A model generated the notes under the pieces. It worked only from the letters and a program-made list of their open reading frames with translations. It had not been told where the DNA came from and did not search any database. The position numbers and the translations under genes were made by a program. This document shows, piece after piece, positions 19,428 to 27,958 of a stretch of DNA of 64,000 nt (position 1 is its first letter; every line of letters begins with the position of its first letter). This stretch comes from a virus (taxonomy: Duplodnaviria > Caudoviricetes). The stretch covers positions 1 to 64,000 of the IMG/VR virus record IMGVR_UViG_3300021400_001413. One strand, given 5' to 3'.

Positions 19428-19908
19428 TGTCCTTACTTGCTAAGAGTTCTCCAATATGATGTGCCTCACGGATACACAAGCCCTCATACTTCTTCACATC
19501 CTTAGCCAAACAACTACCATAGCCTGTATCTACGACACCAGATTCTCCAAAGAGTATCTTATCATAGTAATCATACAGCTTGTGTGTTAAGTTATAGAAG
19601 AACTTGTAGATATCATACTTAGCCCTTGCCTCTGCCAGCCTCTCTCCAAGAAGCGAGTCATACTTGTCATCAGGTCTGCATTTAGCCACTCCTTCAGAGT
19701 ATATGAGCAGACAATTATCTACTATGTCCTCATAAACTTCTATTTTAGTAGTATAACCTATGAAATCAACAACTTCATCAGGAATATGATTCCAGAATGA
19801 AGGCAAATCCACAACTCCCTTTAAGATGACGGTGGTGGTTTTTCCTACTTTTTTCACAGCTTTACAGGGATTATTCTCTGTTTCCTTAAAACTTACTTTA
19901 AAAATCAT
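19420..19908 (-). CDS. conserved phage hypothetical protein
   Basis: AKCRPDDKYDSLLGERLAEARA motif. Confidence 0.65.
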   Translation of the reverse strand: MIFKVSFKETENNPCKAVKKVGKTTTVILKGVVDLPSFWNHIPDEVVDFIGYTTKIEVYEDIVDNCLLIYSEGVAKCRPDDKYDSLLGERLAEARAKYDIYKFFYNLTHKLYDYYDKILFGESGVVDTGYGSCLAKDVKKYEGLCIREAHHIGELLASKDNG

Positions 19909-19921
19909 ACCTTATTATATA

Positions 19922-20548
19922 TTAACGTAATTCTATATCCCAATCAGCACTTGTCTTCTTATCAGGAGTATCCTCAATCCAAGCAGCAAGCTGGCTCTGT
20001 CTTTCAACTTCACCAACTACTCTTCCCCTAACTACCTCTTCACCAGTAACCTTGTTCTTCCAGATGAAATATTTAAGAAGCTGCATATAAGTGTAGTTAC
20101 CATTGAATGATGCAACATAAGCCTTGGTAGCCTCTATTACCTGTTCATCACTATATTCACCATACTTCATGAAGAACTTCTTAAGTCTGTCTGTAATACA
20201 GGAGACACTATCTCTCCATGTATAGGCATATCCAGGTTTCTTACCAGCAGGGAATATATCCCTAAGTTTCTCTGCAAGCTGTACACACCTCTCCTCTGAA
20301 GCTATATTACTGCTACTTGCCATAATACTCTCAGCAAGATGCTCTCCAGTCACATTCAATGAGACATACTCAGGAAACGGTTTTCGGGGATCATACATCT
20401 GCTCAAACAACAATAGATTCTGTTGCCTTGCTTTCTCAAAGGTGTTAGTGGTAATCCTACAGCCAGAGAGGAGAGAGAGAAGATACAGGATAACATCAGC
20501 ATCCTTACCTTCTTTCTTACATACTTCTGTGTCTAAAATAATCTTCAT
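19922..20548 (-). CDS. hypothetical protein (replication module)
   Basis: 208-aa ORF; YMQLLKYFIWK motif. Confidence 0.7.
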   Translation of the reverse strand: MKIILDTEVCKKEGKDADVILYLLSLLSGCRITTNTFEKARQQNLLLFEQMYDPRKPFPEYVSLNVTGEHLAESIMASSSNIASEERCVQLAEKLRDIFPAGKKPGYAYTWRDSVSCITDRLKKFFMKYGEYSDEQVIEATKAYVASFNGNYTYMQLLKYFIWKNKVTGEEVVRGRVVGEVERQSQLAAWIEDTPDKKTSADWDIELR

Positions 20549-20551
20549 AAG

Positions 20552-20707
20552 CTATTTAATAAATTTAATCTTACCTTTAGCAGTATATTTATCTCCATTT
20601 TTAAGAGTTATCAATACTTTTTCAACACCTCTAGAATCAACATCCTCTATCTCTTCTAAAGAAAAGCAATGTTCTTTATTTGCACTGTCTTCAAATTTGA
20701 TTCTCAT
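20552..20707 (-). CDS. small hypothetical protein (51 aa, not in ORF track)
   Basis: Manual translation MRIKFEDSANKEHCFSLEEIEDVDSRGVEKVLITLKNGDKYTAKGKIKFIK*. Confidence 0.55.
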   Translation of the reverse strand: MRIKFEDSANKEHCFSLEEIEDVDSRGVEKVLITLKNGDKYTAKGKIKFIK

Positions 20708-20730
20708 AACTTGATTGTTTTAGATTGTAT

Positions 20731-20973
20731 CTATTCTCTATAACCATCATATATTTCTATCTCAGGGATGTCAAATCCCCAGTTAGATACAGGGAATACA
20801 ATAACAGGATGACCTACTTTCTTACTTAGCATATTCAAATCCTCAAGAGAGTCCAACTCTACAGTGTAAGACTCAGAGAGTCTCCCATCTTTAGGAATTA
20901 ACTCTTTTTGTGCTCCTGGACACTGGGGATTCTCTTCCGGATAGCAATTACTTCTGCTTACTACATATTTCAT
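20731..20973 (-). CDS. hypothetical protein
   Basis: 80 aa; ends IEIYDGYRE. Confidence 0.65.
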   Translation of the reverse strand: MKYVVSRSNCYPEENPQCPGAQKELIPKDGRLSESYTVELDSLEDLNMLSKKVGHPVIVFPVSNWGFDIPEIEIYDGYRE

Positions 20974-20980
20974 AATACTT

Positions 20981-21367
20981 CTATCTAATCATTCCTAATT
21001 GTCTCATCTCCCTATAATCCATAAAGAGGGCATTCTTACCTTTATACTCCTCAGGTAAATGCTGATAGAACTCTGAAGCTTTCTTAATGCCTACTAAGTG
21101 TCCTGTTCTCCAAGGATTCTTCATATCATCAGACTTCTCAGGGTCTATGCCTATAACAAAAAAAGCATCCTGGTCCAGAATCTTCTGACACTCCTTGCAA
21201 GGCTTATCAGAGTAACCAATAACCTTATCATGCATTTCTTCTACCTTCTTAGCATCTGCCTTAGTTAATCTTGTATTCATGACAATAGCAGAAGCATCTT
21301 CATCAACCTGTCCACATATAGGACATACATACTTCACTACTGAAGCAGCAAATTTCTTCTCTTCCAT
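20981..21367 (-). CDS. zinc-finger hypothetical protein
   Basis: CPICG...PCKECQ. Confidence 0.7.
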   Translation of the reverse strand: MEEKKFAASVVKYVCPICGQVDEDASAIVMNTRLTKADAKKVEEMHDKVIGYSDKPCKECQKILDQDAFFVIGIDPEKSDDMKNPWRTGHLVGIKKASEFYQHLPEEYKGKNALFMDYREMRQLGMIR

Positions 21368-21378
21368 AATATTTGCTA

Positions 21379-21591
21379 TTAGTTATTCTCTTTTGGCATT
21401 GGGGGATAATGAAACTCATTTTCTTTGCAGGGACTAATAGAGACAGTAACTCTATCTCCTATATTGTATCCACCACAATCTTTTAAAATAAAGTCTCTTA
21501 TAAGAATAGCACCACCACAATCTGAAAATATTTTTCGATTTTCTCCATCGGAGTATTCTGTTATTTCTCCAGATATTTTTATTTCTCTCAT
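21379..21591 (-). CDS. hypothetical protein
   Basis: 70-aa ORF in array. Confidence 0.5.
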   Translation of the reverse strand: MREIKISGEITEYSDGENRKIFSDCGGAILIRDFILKDCGGYNIGDRVTVSISPCKENEFHYPPMPKENN

Positions 21592-21666
21592 ACTACTTTA
21601 TATTTATTGTTTATTAATCATTCTATCAAGCTTTCTTCTTAAAATTTCTTCTCTTCCATAAGTTGT

Positions 21667-22923
21667 TTATAATGTTTTAGATAAGTTATTATAGTCTATA
21701 TACTTAACAAACTTAGGGTCTATATTCTCAAGTGCTCCCTTCAGATAATTCTCATCCTGAGTTCCCTTATAATAGAATATGTAAGTAACAGGGTCTTCAG
21801 CACGAAGACTGCGCCCAAATTTTTGAATGAAAAGTCTTTCCTTACCATCAAGCTGTACTATAATACCAGTCTGAATATCTGTCAGGTTCATACCTTCAGT
21901 AATCATACCAACTGCATAGATACGATTTACCTCCTTGTTATTGAATTTATCAATAATCAGCTGATTACTCTTAGCTGGTCTCTTTGAGGATATTGTATTT
22001 ACAAAGTCAAGAGAATTTGCCTGAGCTACAGAAGCACAGAAACATACAAACCTGTTATTCCTGGGAAGAGAGTCTATCAGTTTTCTAACTGCTCCAGTCT
22101 TGAGCTCACCAAGAAATCTCTTGCGTTGACTGCCTATATTAACCCACTTGGTTCTCTGGAACTCATTATGAGACCTCTCATATCTCTGTTTCCAGTATTC
22201 CATAGTAGAAGTAAGATAGGCGTTCTTCTGGAACTCAGTACACTGTATGATACAAGGAGTATTATTATAGATATACTTAGCCCTATTCTCCCATTTGACC
22301 AAAGGAGCCTTTGGATCATTGCCAATCTTAATCTCCTGATGCCTCTTGACATTATCAAGGTGCATTTCTACCACATATACCTTTGGGTCTGGAAGTATGT
22401 CTTCCTTGATAGCATCCTTTAAGGTGACAGTGGAGGTAGTGAATTTTCCGAAGATACCTGTAATCAAGTCTTCCTTGCCTGAAGATAGGGTAGCAGAGAG
22501 GAGATAAATATAAGCATTAGGATACAAATTCTCTTTTAGCTCCTCTAAAGCTGCCATTCTCTTCTCTGTAAAGCAATGGTGCGCTTCATCAAAGATAACT
22601 GCTTCATAGTTATTGTGAACATATTTTTTTAAGGAAGCATAGCAGCATACATCAGTAGATATGCCAGCTCTGTTTAAATCCCATTTATCAAACTCATCTT
22701 CCCAGTTATTAATATGTGCTCTCTCAGCCACCACAAAAAGAACTTTCATATACAACATATTATTCCTGTCAGGTGGCCATCTTCTTGTTAACTGATAGTT
22801 AATAAGGTCAATAACCATCTTGCTCTTACCACAGCCAGTAGCCCATTTAAGGATAACACGATGTTCCTCCTTAAGAGCCTTAAATTCTCTTTCCTGTAGT
22901 TTTTGCTTAAAATCGTTATTCAT
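21667..22923 (-). CDS. superfamily 2 (DEAH) helicase
   Basis: WATGCGKS, IFDEAHH, LLSAT, MITEGMN, QKFGRSLR; start moved to MNNDF (22923) because the upstream part of the ORF contains the promoter. Confidence 0.88.
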   Translation of the reverse strand: MNNDFKQKLQEREFKALKEEHRVILKWATGCGKSKMVIDLINYQLTRRWPPDRNNMLYMKVLFVVAERAHINNWEDEFDKWDLNRAGISTDVCCYASLKKYVHNNYEAVIFDEAHHCFTEKRMAALEELKENLYPNAYIYLLSATLSSGKEDLITGIFGKFTTSTVTLKDAIKEDILPDPKVYVVEMHLDNVKRHQEIKIGNDPKAPLVKWENRAKYIYNNTPCIIQCTEFQKNAYLTSTMEYWKQRYERSHNEFQRTKWVNIGSQRKRFLGELKTGAVRKLIDSLPRNNRFVCFCASVAQANSLDFVNTISSKRPAKSNQLIIDKFNNKEVNRIYAVGMITEGMNLTDIQTGIIVQLDGKERLFIQKFGRSLRAEDPVTYIFYYKGTQDENYLKGALENIDPKFVKYIDYNNLSKTL

Positions 22924-22956
22924 TTTGAAAATCTCTTTTACTGCCTCTTCTGTTTG

Positions 22957-22964
22957 CAAAGATA
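22957..22964 (-). promoter_or_regulatory. Bacteroidetes sigma-type -7 promoter element upstream of SF2 helicase
   Basis: TATCTTTG(CA) on minus strand matches TAnnTTTG. Confidence 0.6.
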
Positions 22965-23079
22965 TACAAAATATATGCAATATCCAAGTAATTAATGCAT
23001 AAATATACATTGAATTAACAACTTTAACGTATATTTATACAGTAATTACTGGATAGCAACTAAAGGGACAATTATTATA

Positions 23080-23307
23080 TCATTTATTTTTTCCGTAAAT
23101 TATACCATAGCTCTCCATGTGATTGAGTGCCCTATATTCACTTGAGAATGAGGTACGAATATTCTTACCAGCAAGGCATAAACATACCTTATATTCTCTC
23201 TGGTCATCAGTATGCATCTCTGCTACAATATTCTCCTTAGGATTGATATTTGCAACCCTACATACTCTGACAGCCTTTCTAGGCGTTTTGAATAAACCTG
23301 TAATCAT
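23080..23307 (-). CDS. hypothetical protein
   Basis: 75 aa; preceded by a TAnnTTTG element at 23360-23367. Confidence 0.6.
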   Translation of the reverse strand: MITGLFKTPRKAVRVCRVANINPKENIVAEMHTDDQREYKVCLCLAGKNIRTSFSSEYRALNHMESYGIIYGKNK

Positions 23308-23444
23308 TGTTGTAAGTATTAAATGTTAATGAATATTTTCTATATCAGCTCTACAGTTGCAAAAATATCCCCTCCTCCCATATAGCTATACTATACAGAA
23401 AGAGGGGCGCGAATCTTACAACAATCAAGCCAAACAAATTTGGT

Positions 23445-23783
23445 TTATACTATTCCTGTATCATCATCACTGAATATGTCATCAATTCCCATCTTAGAAG
23501 TAATGGCACTTACAAGAGTCTCAATGTCCTTACGTGTTCTGTTTATGTCACTAAGATGCTGCCTTTTTAACCTGTATTCTGCAATAGCAGAATCACAGGA
23601 GGGTATGATGACATTATCCATAATGACACTTGCATCCTCATCAGGATTATGAAACTTATGCAAGGCATAATCAGCATATACGACATAGAAATCATCAAGT
23701 GGGTTAGAGTAGTGCTCTACCACTACTCCTAGAATCTTTTCTCCTTCAGAGGAGAACGCAATAATATCATGTAGATCTGCCAT
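23445..23783 (-). CDS. hypothetical protein
   Basis: 112-aa ORF. Confidence 0.6.
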   Translation of the reverse strand: MADLHDIIAFSSEGEKILGVVVEHYSNPLDDFYVVYADYALHKFHNPDEDASVIMDNVIIPSCDSAIAEYRLKRQHLSDINRTRKDIETLVSAITSKMGIDDIFSDDDTGIV

Positions 23784-23874
23784 ATTAGTAAATTATTAGT
23801 TAAACATAATACCTTCCTTTTATTGAAGGTCTGTCTCCCTGTTTGAGCTTGATTACTATGACAGATACATAGGA

Positions 23875-24066
23875 TTACTTGATAGAAAGTCTTTTCTTCT
23901 TATCCTTAATCTTATAATTGACCTCTGCTCCTATCTTCATGGTAGCAGTACCATTGGGAATCTTAAGATGGTAATAAGTATCATCCACACTGAGGACTAT
24001 CGCATCCTCAAAACCGGTATAACCCTCAATAGGGGTAAGATAATCGCCTTTTTTAAATTTTGCCAT
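23875..24066 (-). CDS. small hypothetical protein (KOW/SH3-like start MAKFKKGD)
   Basis: 63-aa ORF. Confidence 0.55.
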   Translation of the reverse strand: MAKFKKGDYLTPIEGYTGFEDAIVLSVDDTYYHLKIPNGTATMKIGAEVNYKIKDKKKRLSIK

Positions 24067-24195
24067 ACTATAATAAATCTACAAGTCCTTTACTACCATC
24101 ACCTACAACCATAGCAAGGAATGCTACAGCCATTATTATTCCTATAATCAGACAAAGTAAGTCTTCTTCTATCATGTCTTTAATCTTCCTCATAG

Positions 24196-24405
24196 TCAGT
24201 CTGTTATATTATCCCACATGGTTATCTTTTCATTAATACTATCTGCATCGAGGGTAGCTTCAGAGAGAGTAAGAACATGTGCAGCCTCTTTACTAGCTAT
24301 ATCATCATTGAATGCCTGACATAACCTGGTAGCGGATATGACTGTACCACAATATTTCTCTACAGGACAGCCATTACAGTTGTGATACTTATCTGAATAA
24401 TTCAT
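24196..24405 (-). CDS. small Cys-containing hypothetical protein
   Basis: CNGCPVEKYC...LC. Confidence 0.55.
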   Translation of the reverse strand: MNYSDKYHNCNGCPVEKYCGTVISATRLCQAFNDDIASKEAAHVLTLSEATLDADSINEKITMWDNITD

Positions 24406-24408
24406 AGG

Positions 24409-24723
24409 CTACAATCTTTCTGCTATTTTATATAATTCGTCAAAACTCATATCTCTCAAAGGCATCCAATACTCATGTCTCTCAGTGTGAACATCATCTA
24501 CTTCTACTACTTGAATATCGGCATAGAGAGTATTATCATTTTCATTAAACTGAAGACAAGCAACCTCTTCATACATAAGATAAGAACCTTCAGTAGAAGG
24601 AAGATGTATCTTAATATGGGGAGAAAAGACAATCTCTCCTCCCTTAGCCTTAACAGTATCTGCAATCTCAGCTACAAAACTCTCTTTGAGTCTGTTATAA
24701 AGATGAAATAATTTCTGTTTCAT
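24409..24723 (-). CDS. hypothetical protein
   Basis: 104-aa ORF in array. Confidence 0.6.
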   Translation of the reverse strand: MKQKLFHLYNRLKESFVAEIADTVKAKGGEIVFSPHIKIHLPSTEGSYLMYEEVACLQFNENDNTLYADIQVVEVDDVHTERHEYWMPLRDMSFDELYKIAERL

Positions 24724-24735
24724 AATCTTGTATTA

Positions 24736-24954
24736 TTATAGTTTATTCTGTACATGCCATATACCATCATAATCTTCACAAAGCCATTGTCCTTTAAGGG
24801 CATAGATATTAGAACCTATAGCTACCATATAAGGATAAAGCCTTACAAAAAGATTACCATTAAATGTCTTCTCTACACAATATACGCAAGGTAAGCGAAA
24901 GATATCCTCTATACACTTACCTTCTATGTGTATGCATTGCCTATAGTTGCTCAT
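24736..24954 (-). CDS. hypothetical protein
   Basis: 72-aa ORF in array. Confidence 0.55.
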   Translation of the reverse strand: MSNYRQCIHIEGKCIEDIFRLPCVYCVEKTFNGNLFVRLYPYMVAIGSNIYALKGQWLCEDYDGIWHVQNKL

Positions 24955-25208
24955 ACTTAATCGTAATTATTATCATTTCAAACTTCCAGTCATAACATCT
25001 ACATAGAGGTTTTTGCTGTGGTTTTCCTTATAAATAAGCAGACTCCACATGACTGGAAGAGAATCATATAGTTAGAGCCAATGAAAAGAACCCTACTCCT
25101 ATAAGAAGAAATACAAAAGTGATACCAGTGGCTCTCCAGCTGTCCTTAGTTAGAGAACCTATAGCAATACTGATAGCACAGAATAGCATTGCTATAATGA
25201 CAAGAATA

Positions 25209-25595
25209 TTATTCATACCTATCATATATTCCTTGAATTTCTTCTTCTAATACCTGCTCCCAAAGAGGATAATCATCGACAATCTCCTCTACAAGCTCCC
25301 TGTTATAGATAAACTTAGTAGCATCAATATGGTGCCAGTCAGTATCATCCCAATAAGGATACTTCTCAAGAATCCCATCAACTGTTTTCTCCTCAAACAC
25401 ACATTCAGAGTATTCTATATGTCTGAGGTAATCACAGAATGTAGCATAAAGCTCAGGATTATTCTCAAGCTCCTTAGCATCCACACTCCATCTCTTGAAG
25501 ATGTAATCATAACATTCTTCCTTAGTACCTACAAAAAGAAGTTCATTCTCTATGCAAGGTACACTCCAATCTGTTTCATAATATCTGAGTATCAT
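25209..25595 (-). CDS. hypothetical protein
   Basis: 128-aa acidic ORF. Confidence 0.65.
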   Translation of the reverse strand: MILRYYETDWSVPCIENELLFVGTKEECYDYIFKRWSVDAKELENNPELYATFCDYLRHIEYSECVFEEKTVDGILEKYPYWDDTDWHHIDATKFIYNRELVEEIVDDYPLWEQVLEEEIQGIYDRYE

Positions 25596-25772
25596 AAGCT
25601 GAATTGTTTTGTTGTAAGATTAATAGTAGTCTCAATGAGAATCGAACTCATATCTAAGGTTTAGGAAACCTTTGTTCTATCCATTGAACTATAAGACCAA
25701 ATGCCTGCCACTGTAGGCTTAACATTTAAAGAAAAATTTGAAACGAATATGTCGCTCTCTCAGCGAGTAAAG

Positions 25773-26443
25773 TGATTCTGCTGGGGCTCGAACCCAGGAC
25801 CTACTGCTTAGTTTGCTACTCTATGTTACCATAGCCAAACAAAGATAGTATCCTTTCTTCCTCCTCCTAAGTTTCCCCAGGCGATACTAAGTTATTTCAT
25901 AGGGCTAACCCTTTGTTTGTTGTAGTCTGGAATACATTATTACTATATTGAAATTCTTGCAAGATTAGATTTACTTATATAGTCCTTTCTTTTATTTTTC
26001 CGTATCTTGTCCTACAGCTTAACGTATTCACCATAGGGGAGCGCAGTTTATTTCACCTGAAAATACTTAAACTAACTTCATAAGTCTAAAATTTCAACTT
26101 AGGCATTCTTATCAGATACATCTGAATAGAATGTGAGGGTATTCAATATATTTCCCTCATATCTCCTATATACTCTCTACACATTTATGAAGGAAGAAAC
26201 TCATATTCATTTCTTTGTAGATTGACCTTCAATTTAGCACGGTATTATCCTTACACATTATTGGTTAGTGTTGTGGTTCCTCCGCCATACTTAAGCCACA
26301 CATTATAAATTGCAGGTTTGAAGGGAAGGACTTTCACCGTTTTAGGGAGATTCTACTATGGGATTTCTCGCCATAGCACTCCTGTTTATTTATTCACAGA
26401 AACATTTGAAGGCAGTTGCTCTATCCAGCTGAGCTACAGAACC
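25773..26443 (-). tRNA. tRNA-Arg(UCU), intron-containing (exon 1 26443-26409, exon 2 25811-25773)
   Basis: Joined exons give GGTTCTGTAGCTCAGCTGGATAGAGCAACTGCCT-TCT-AAGCAGTAGGTCCTGGGTTCGAGCCCCAGCAGAATCA: acceptor GGTTCTG/CAGAATC, D arm, anticodon stem ACTGC/GCAGT, T arm; no encoded CCA. Confidence 0.9.
25812..26408 (-). ncRNA. group I-like intron (597 nt) in the tRNA anticodon, non-canonical 3' end
   Basis: P1 with U.G pair (exon CUU|C vs GGAG 26382-26379), P2 CTATGG/CCATAG, P3 TCTCCCTA/TAGGAGA, P4 ACGGT/ACCGT, R-like GTGTAGAGAGTA, S-like AAAGGATACTAT, GUAA-capped P9; ends in A. Confidence 0.75.
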
Positions 26444-26466
26444 AAAAAATCCCTCCGCTGAGGGAT
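26444..26466 (-). terminator. intrinsic terminator-like hairpin abutting the tRNA 5' end
   Basis: ATCCCTC-AGCG-GAGGGAT followed by TTTTT then the first tRNA base. Confidence 0.6.
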
Positions 26467-26570
26467 GAAATTTAAAACTATAAATATTATAACCTACTAT
26501 CACAGTAGAATTAATAAAAATGAAAAATACCTATAAACCTAAAACAATTATGCAAAAAATGTATTTTCAT
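26444..26570 (-). ncRNA. candidate U-rich small RNA
   Basis: TAnnTTTG elements at 26574-26581 and 26600-26607, ~125-nt ORF-free U-rich body, terminator. Confidence 0.4.
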
Positions 26571-26637
26571 GTGCAAAAGTAAGATATTAATTCTCAATGC
26601 AAATATAGTTTAGATAAATCCTTAGATTTTATTATTT

Positions 26638-26796
26638 CTACACTATATCTTTGTCTATATCCCAATTACCCCCACCAAGACAGTCATGCCAATTTTCATC
26701 TTTATTGATAAGGTCTTTGTGGTAGATAGGATAGCCAAAGCGAAGTTTTATATTTCCACTTTTATCCAATATTAATATATATTTCTTTTGTCTCAT
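26638..26796 (-). CDS. small hypothetical protein (52 aa, not in ORF track)
   Basis: Manual translation MRQKKYILILDKSGNIKLRFGYPIYHKDLINKDENWHDCLGGGNWDIDKDIV*. Confidence 0.55.
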   Translation of the reverse strand: MRQKKYILILDKSGNIKLRFGYPIYHKDLINKDENWHDCLGGGNWDIDKDIV

Positions 26797-26801
26797 AGCT
26801 C

Positions 26802-27263
26802 CTACTCTTTAAATAGTTTAGCAACTCTATTATTCATCTCTTTATAGGTCATAGATTTTGGCCAATCACCAAATAACATGCCCATGCGGAAATGTTCTTT
26901 TTTACCAAAATGAGGAGGATTGAGTTTTATCTCTTCTCCGGATAATCCCTGAAGTCTGCTAAGTACTAATAGTATGATTGCTCTATTATAAGTGCATTCA
27001 TAAATATCTGAATACCTATTTACCTCATTCCAGAAAGATGCAAAAGAACACAAGTAACCACTGGAGAATTTTTTATCTTGCGCTTCATAGATTCTCTCAA
27101 GAATATTAAGCATGAAATAAGCTAATTCGTCGTCTCTTTTAGGTGTCCATCCATATATTTTTGATAGAAGGTAACCTAAATCTTCATACAGATCTATCCT
27201 TTCATACCATCCTTTTGCGTAAAGGACAATATCATTATAAATAAAATCTACAATCTGTTTCAT
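26802..27263 (-). CDS. hypothetical protein
   Basis: 153-aa ORF. Confidence 0.65.
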   Translation of the reverse strand: MKQIVDFIYNDIVLYAKGWYERIDLYEDLGYLLSKIYGWTPKRDDELAYFMLNILERIYEAQDKKFSSGYLCSFASFWNEVNRYSDIYECTYNRAIILLVLSRLQGLSGEEIKLNPPHFGKKEHFRMGMLFGDWPKSMTYKEMNNRVAKLFKE

Positions 27264-27486
27264 AATTATGTCTCCTATGTTTTAATTGTTGTAAGTATTT
27301 AGTCCCACAATGACTTCGATGTCAACCTACTTCACAGTAGAAAGTCTACCTATTTGATACTATCTCATTAGACTGTTGCGGGTATAGCAAATCCTATAAA
27401 AAGACAAAAAGTGCTATAGAGTTTGATTACAAGGGATTTTGTGATGCATTTGAAAGTTGTTGCAAAAGGGAGAGGGTGTATTGTGT

Positions 27487-27512
27487 ACCAATTACACCCA
27501 ATTACACCAATT
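27487..27512 (+). repeat. tandem 9-bp repeat ACCAATTAC x3
   Basis: Copies at 27487, 27496 and 27505 (last partial). Confidence 0.85.
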
Positions 27513-27791
27513 AGAAACACTTTAAACACCTGCACTAATTATCTGTTAATCAATGATTTATCACTCATTAAGAAGGTGATGAAGGTTTTCTCTTTCTATT
27601 ATATAATATGTACACGTACATTATATATTTAAATACAAACCATAAACACACTACCACATTCCCAAATACCATTAGTGATTATAAGGGAACCATTACATCT
27701 TTCCTATTCAAAACTTTATTTAATTTCAGAGTGCTATATACGCATTATACAACCTATTTTTTCTTCAAACTTTGCCTTAAATAGAAGTATA

Positions 27792-27815
27792 GAAGATAGA
27801 TTATCATCTATCTTC
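27792..27815. repeat. perfect 10-bp inverted repeat
   Basis: GAAGATAGAT-TATC-ATCTATCTTC. Confidence 0.8.
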
Positions 27816-27895
27816 ATTCTCATCTCTTCTAAAGAAAGAAATATATAAAGAAAGAAAGGTTTCTCTTCTCCTTATAATATTGTAAAGAATTAAGA

Positions 27896-27958
27896 ACTAT
27901 GCATCCTATTTGAACTATGTGTTCTACTTAAACTATGTGTACTATGTGTACTATGTGC
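27896..27958 (+). repeat. ACTATGTGT repeats on a 9-bp register
   Basis: Copies start at 27896 (degenerate), 27914, 27932, 27941 and 27950. Confidence 0.85.

Noticed and set aside
25690-25772. Theta (HDV-like) ribozyme 3' of the tRNA
   Set aside because: Only two simple hairpins are visible; I could not build the nested double pseudoknot
25860-26090. Degenerate homing endonuclease inside the intron
   Set aside because: One frame starts with ATG but has about nine stops in ~75 codons, as expected for AT-rich non-coding DNA; no LAGLIDADG, GIY-YIG or HNH motif seen
25812-26408. Group II intron or integrated element as the tRNA insert
   Set aside because: No GUGYG 5' end or domain V; no duplicated att repeat at the ends and no recombinase inside; group I P-Q-R-S order fits better
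27487-27958. CRISPR array
   Set aside because: Repeats are 9-bp tandem units without unique 25-45-bp spacers; no cas genes
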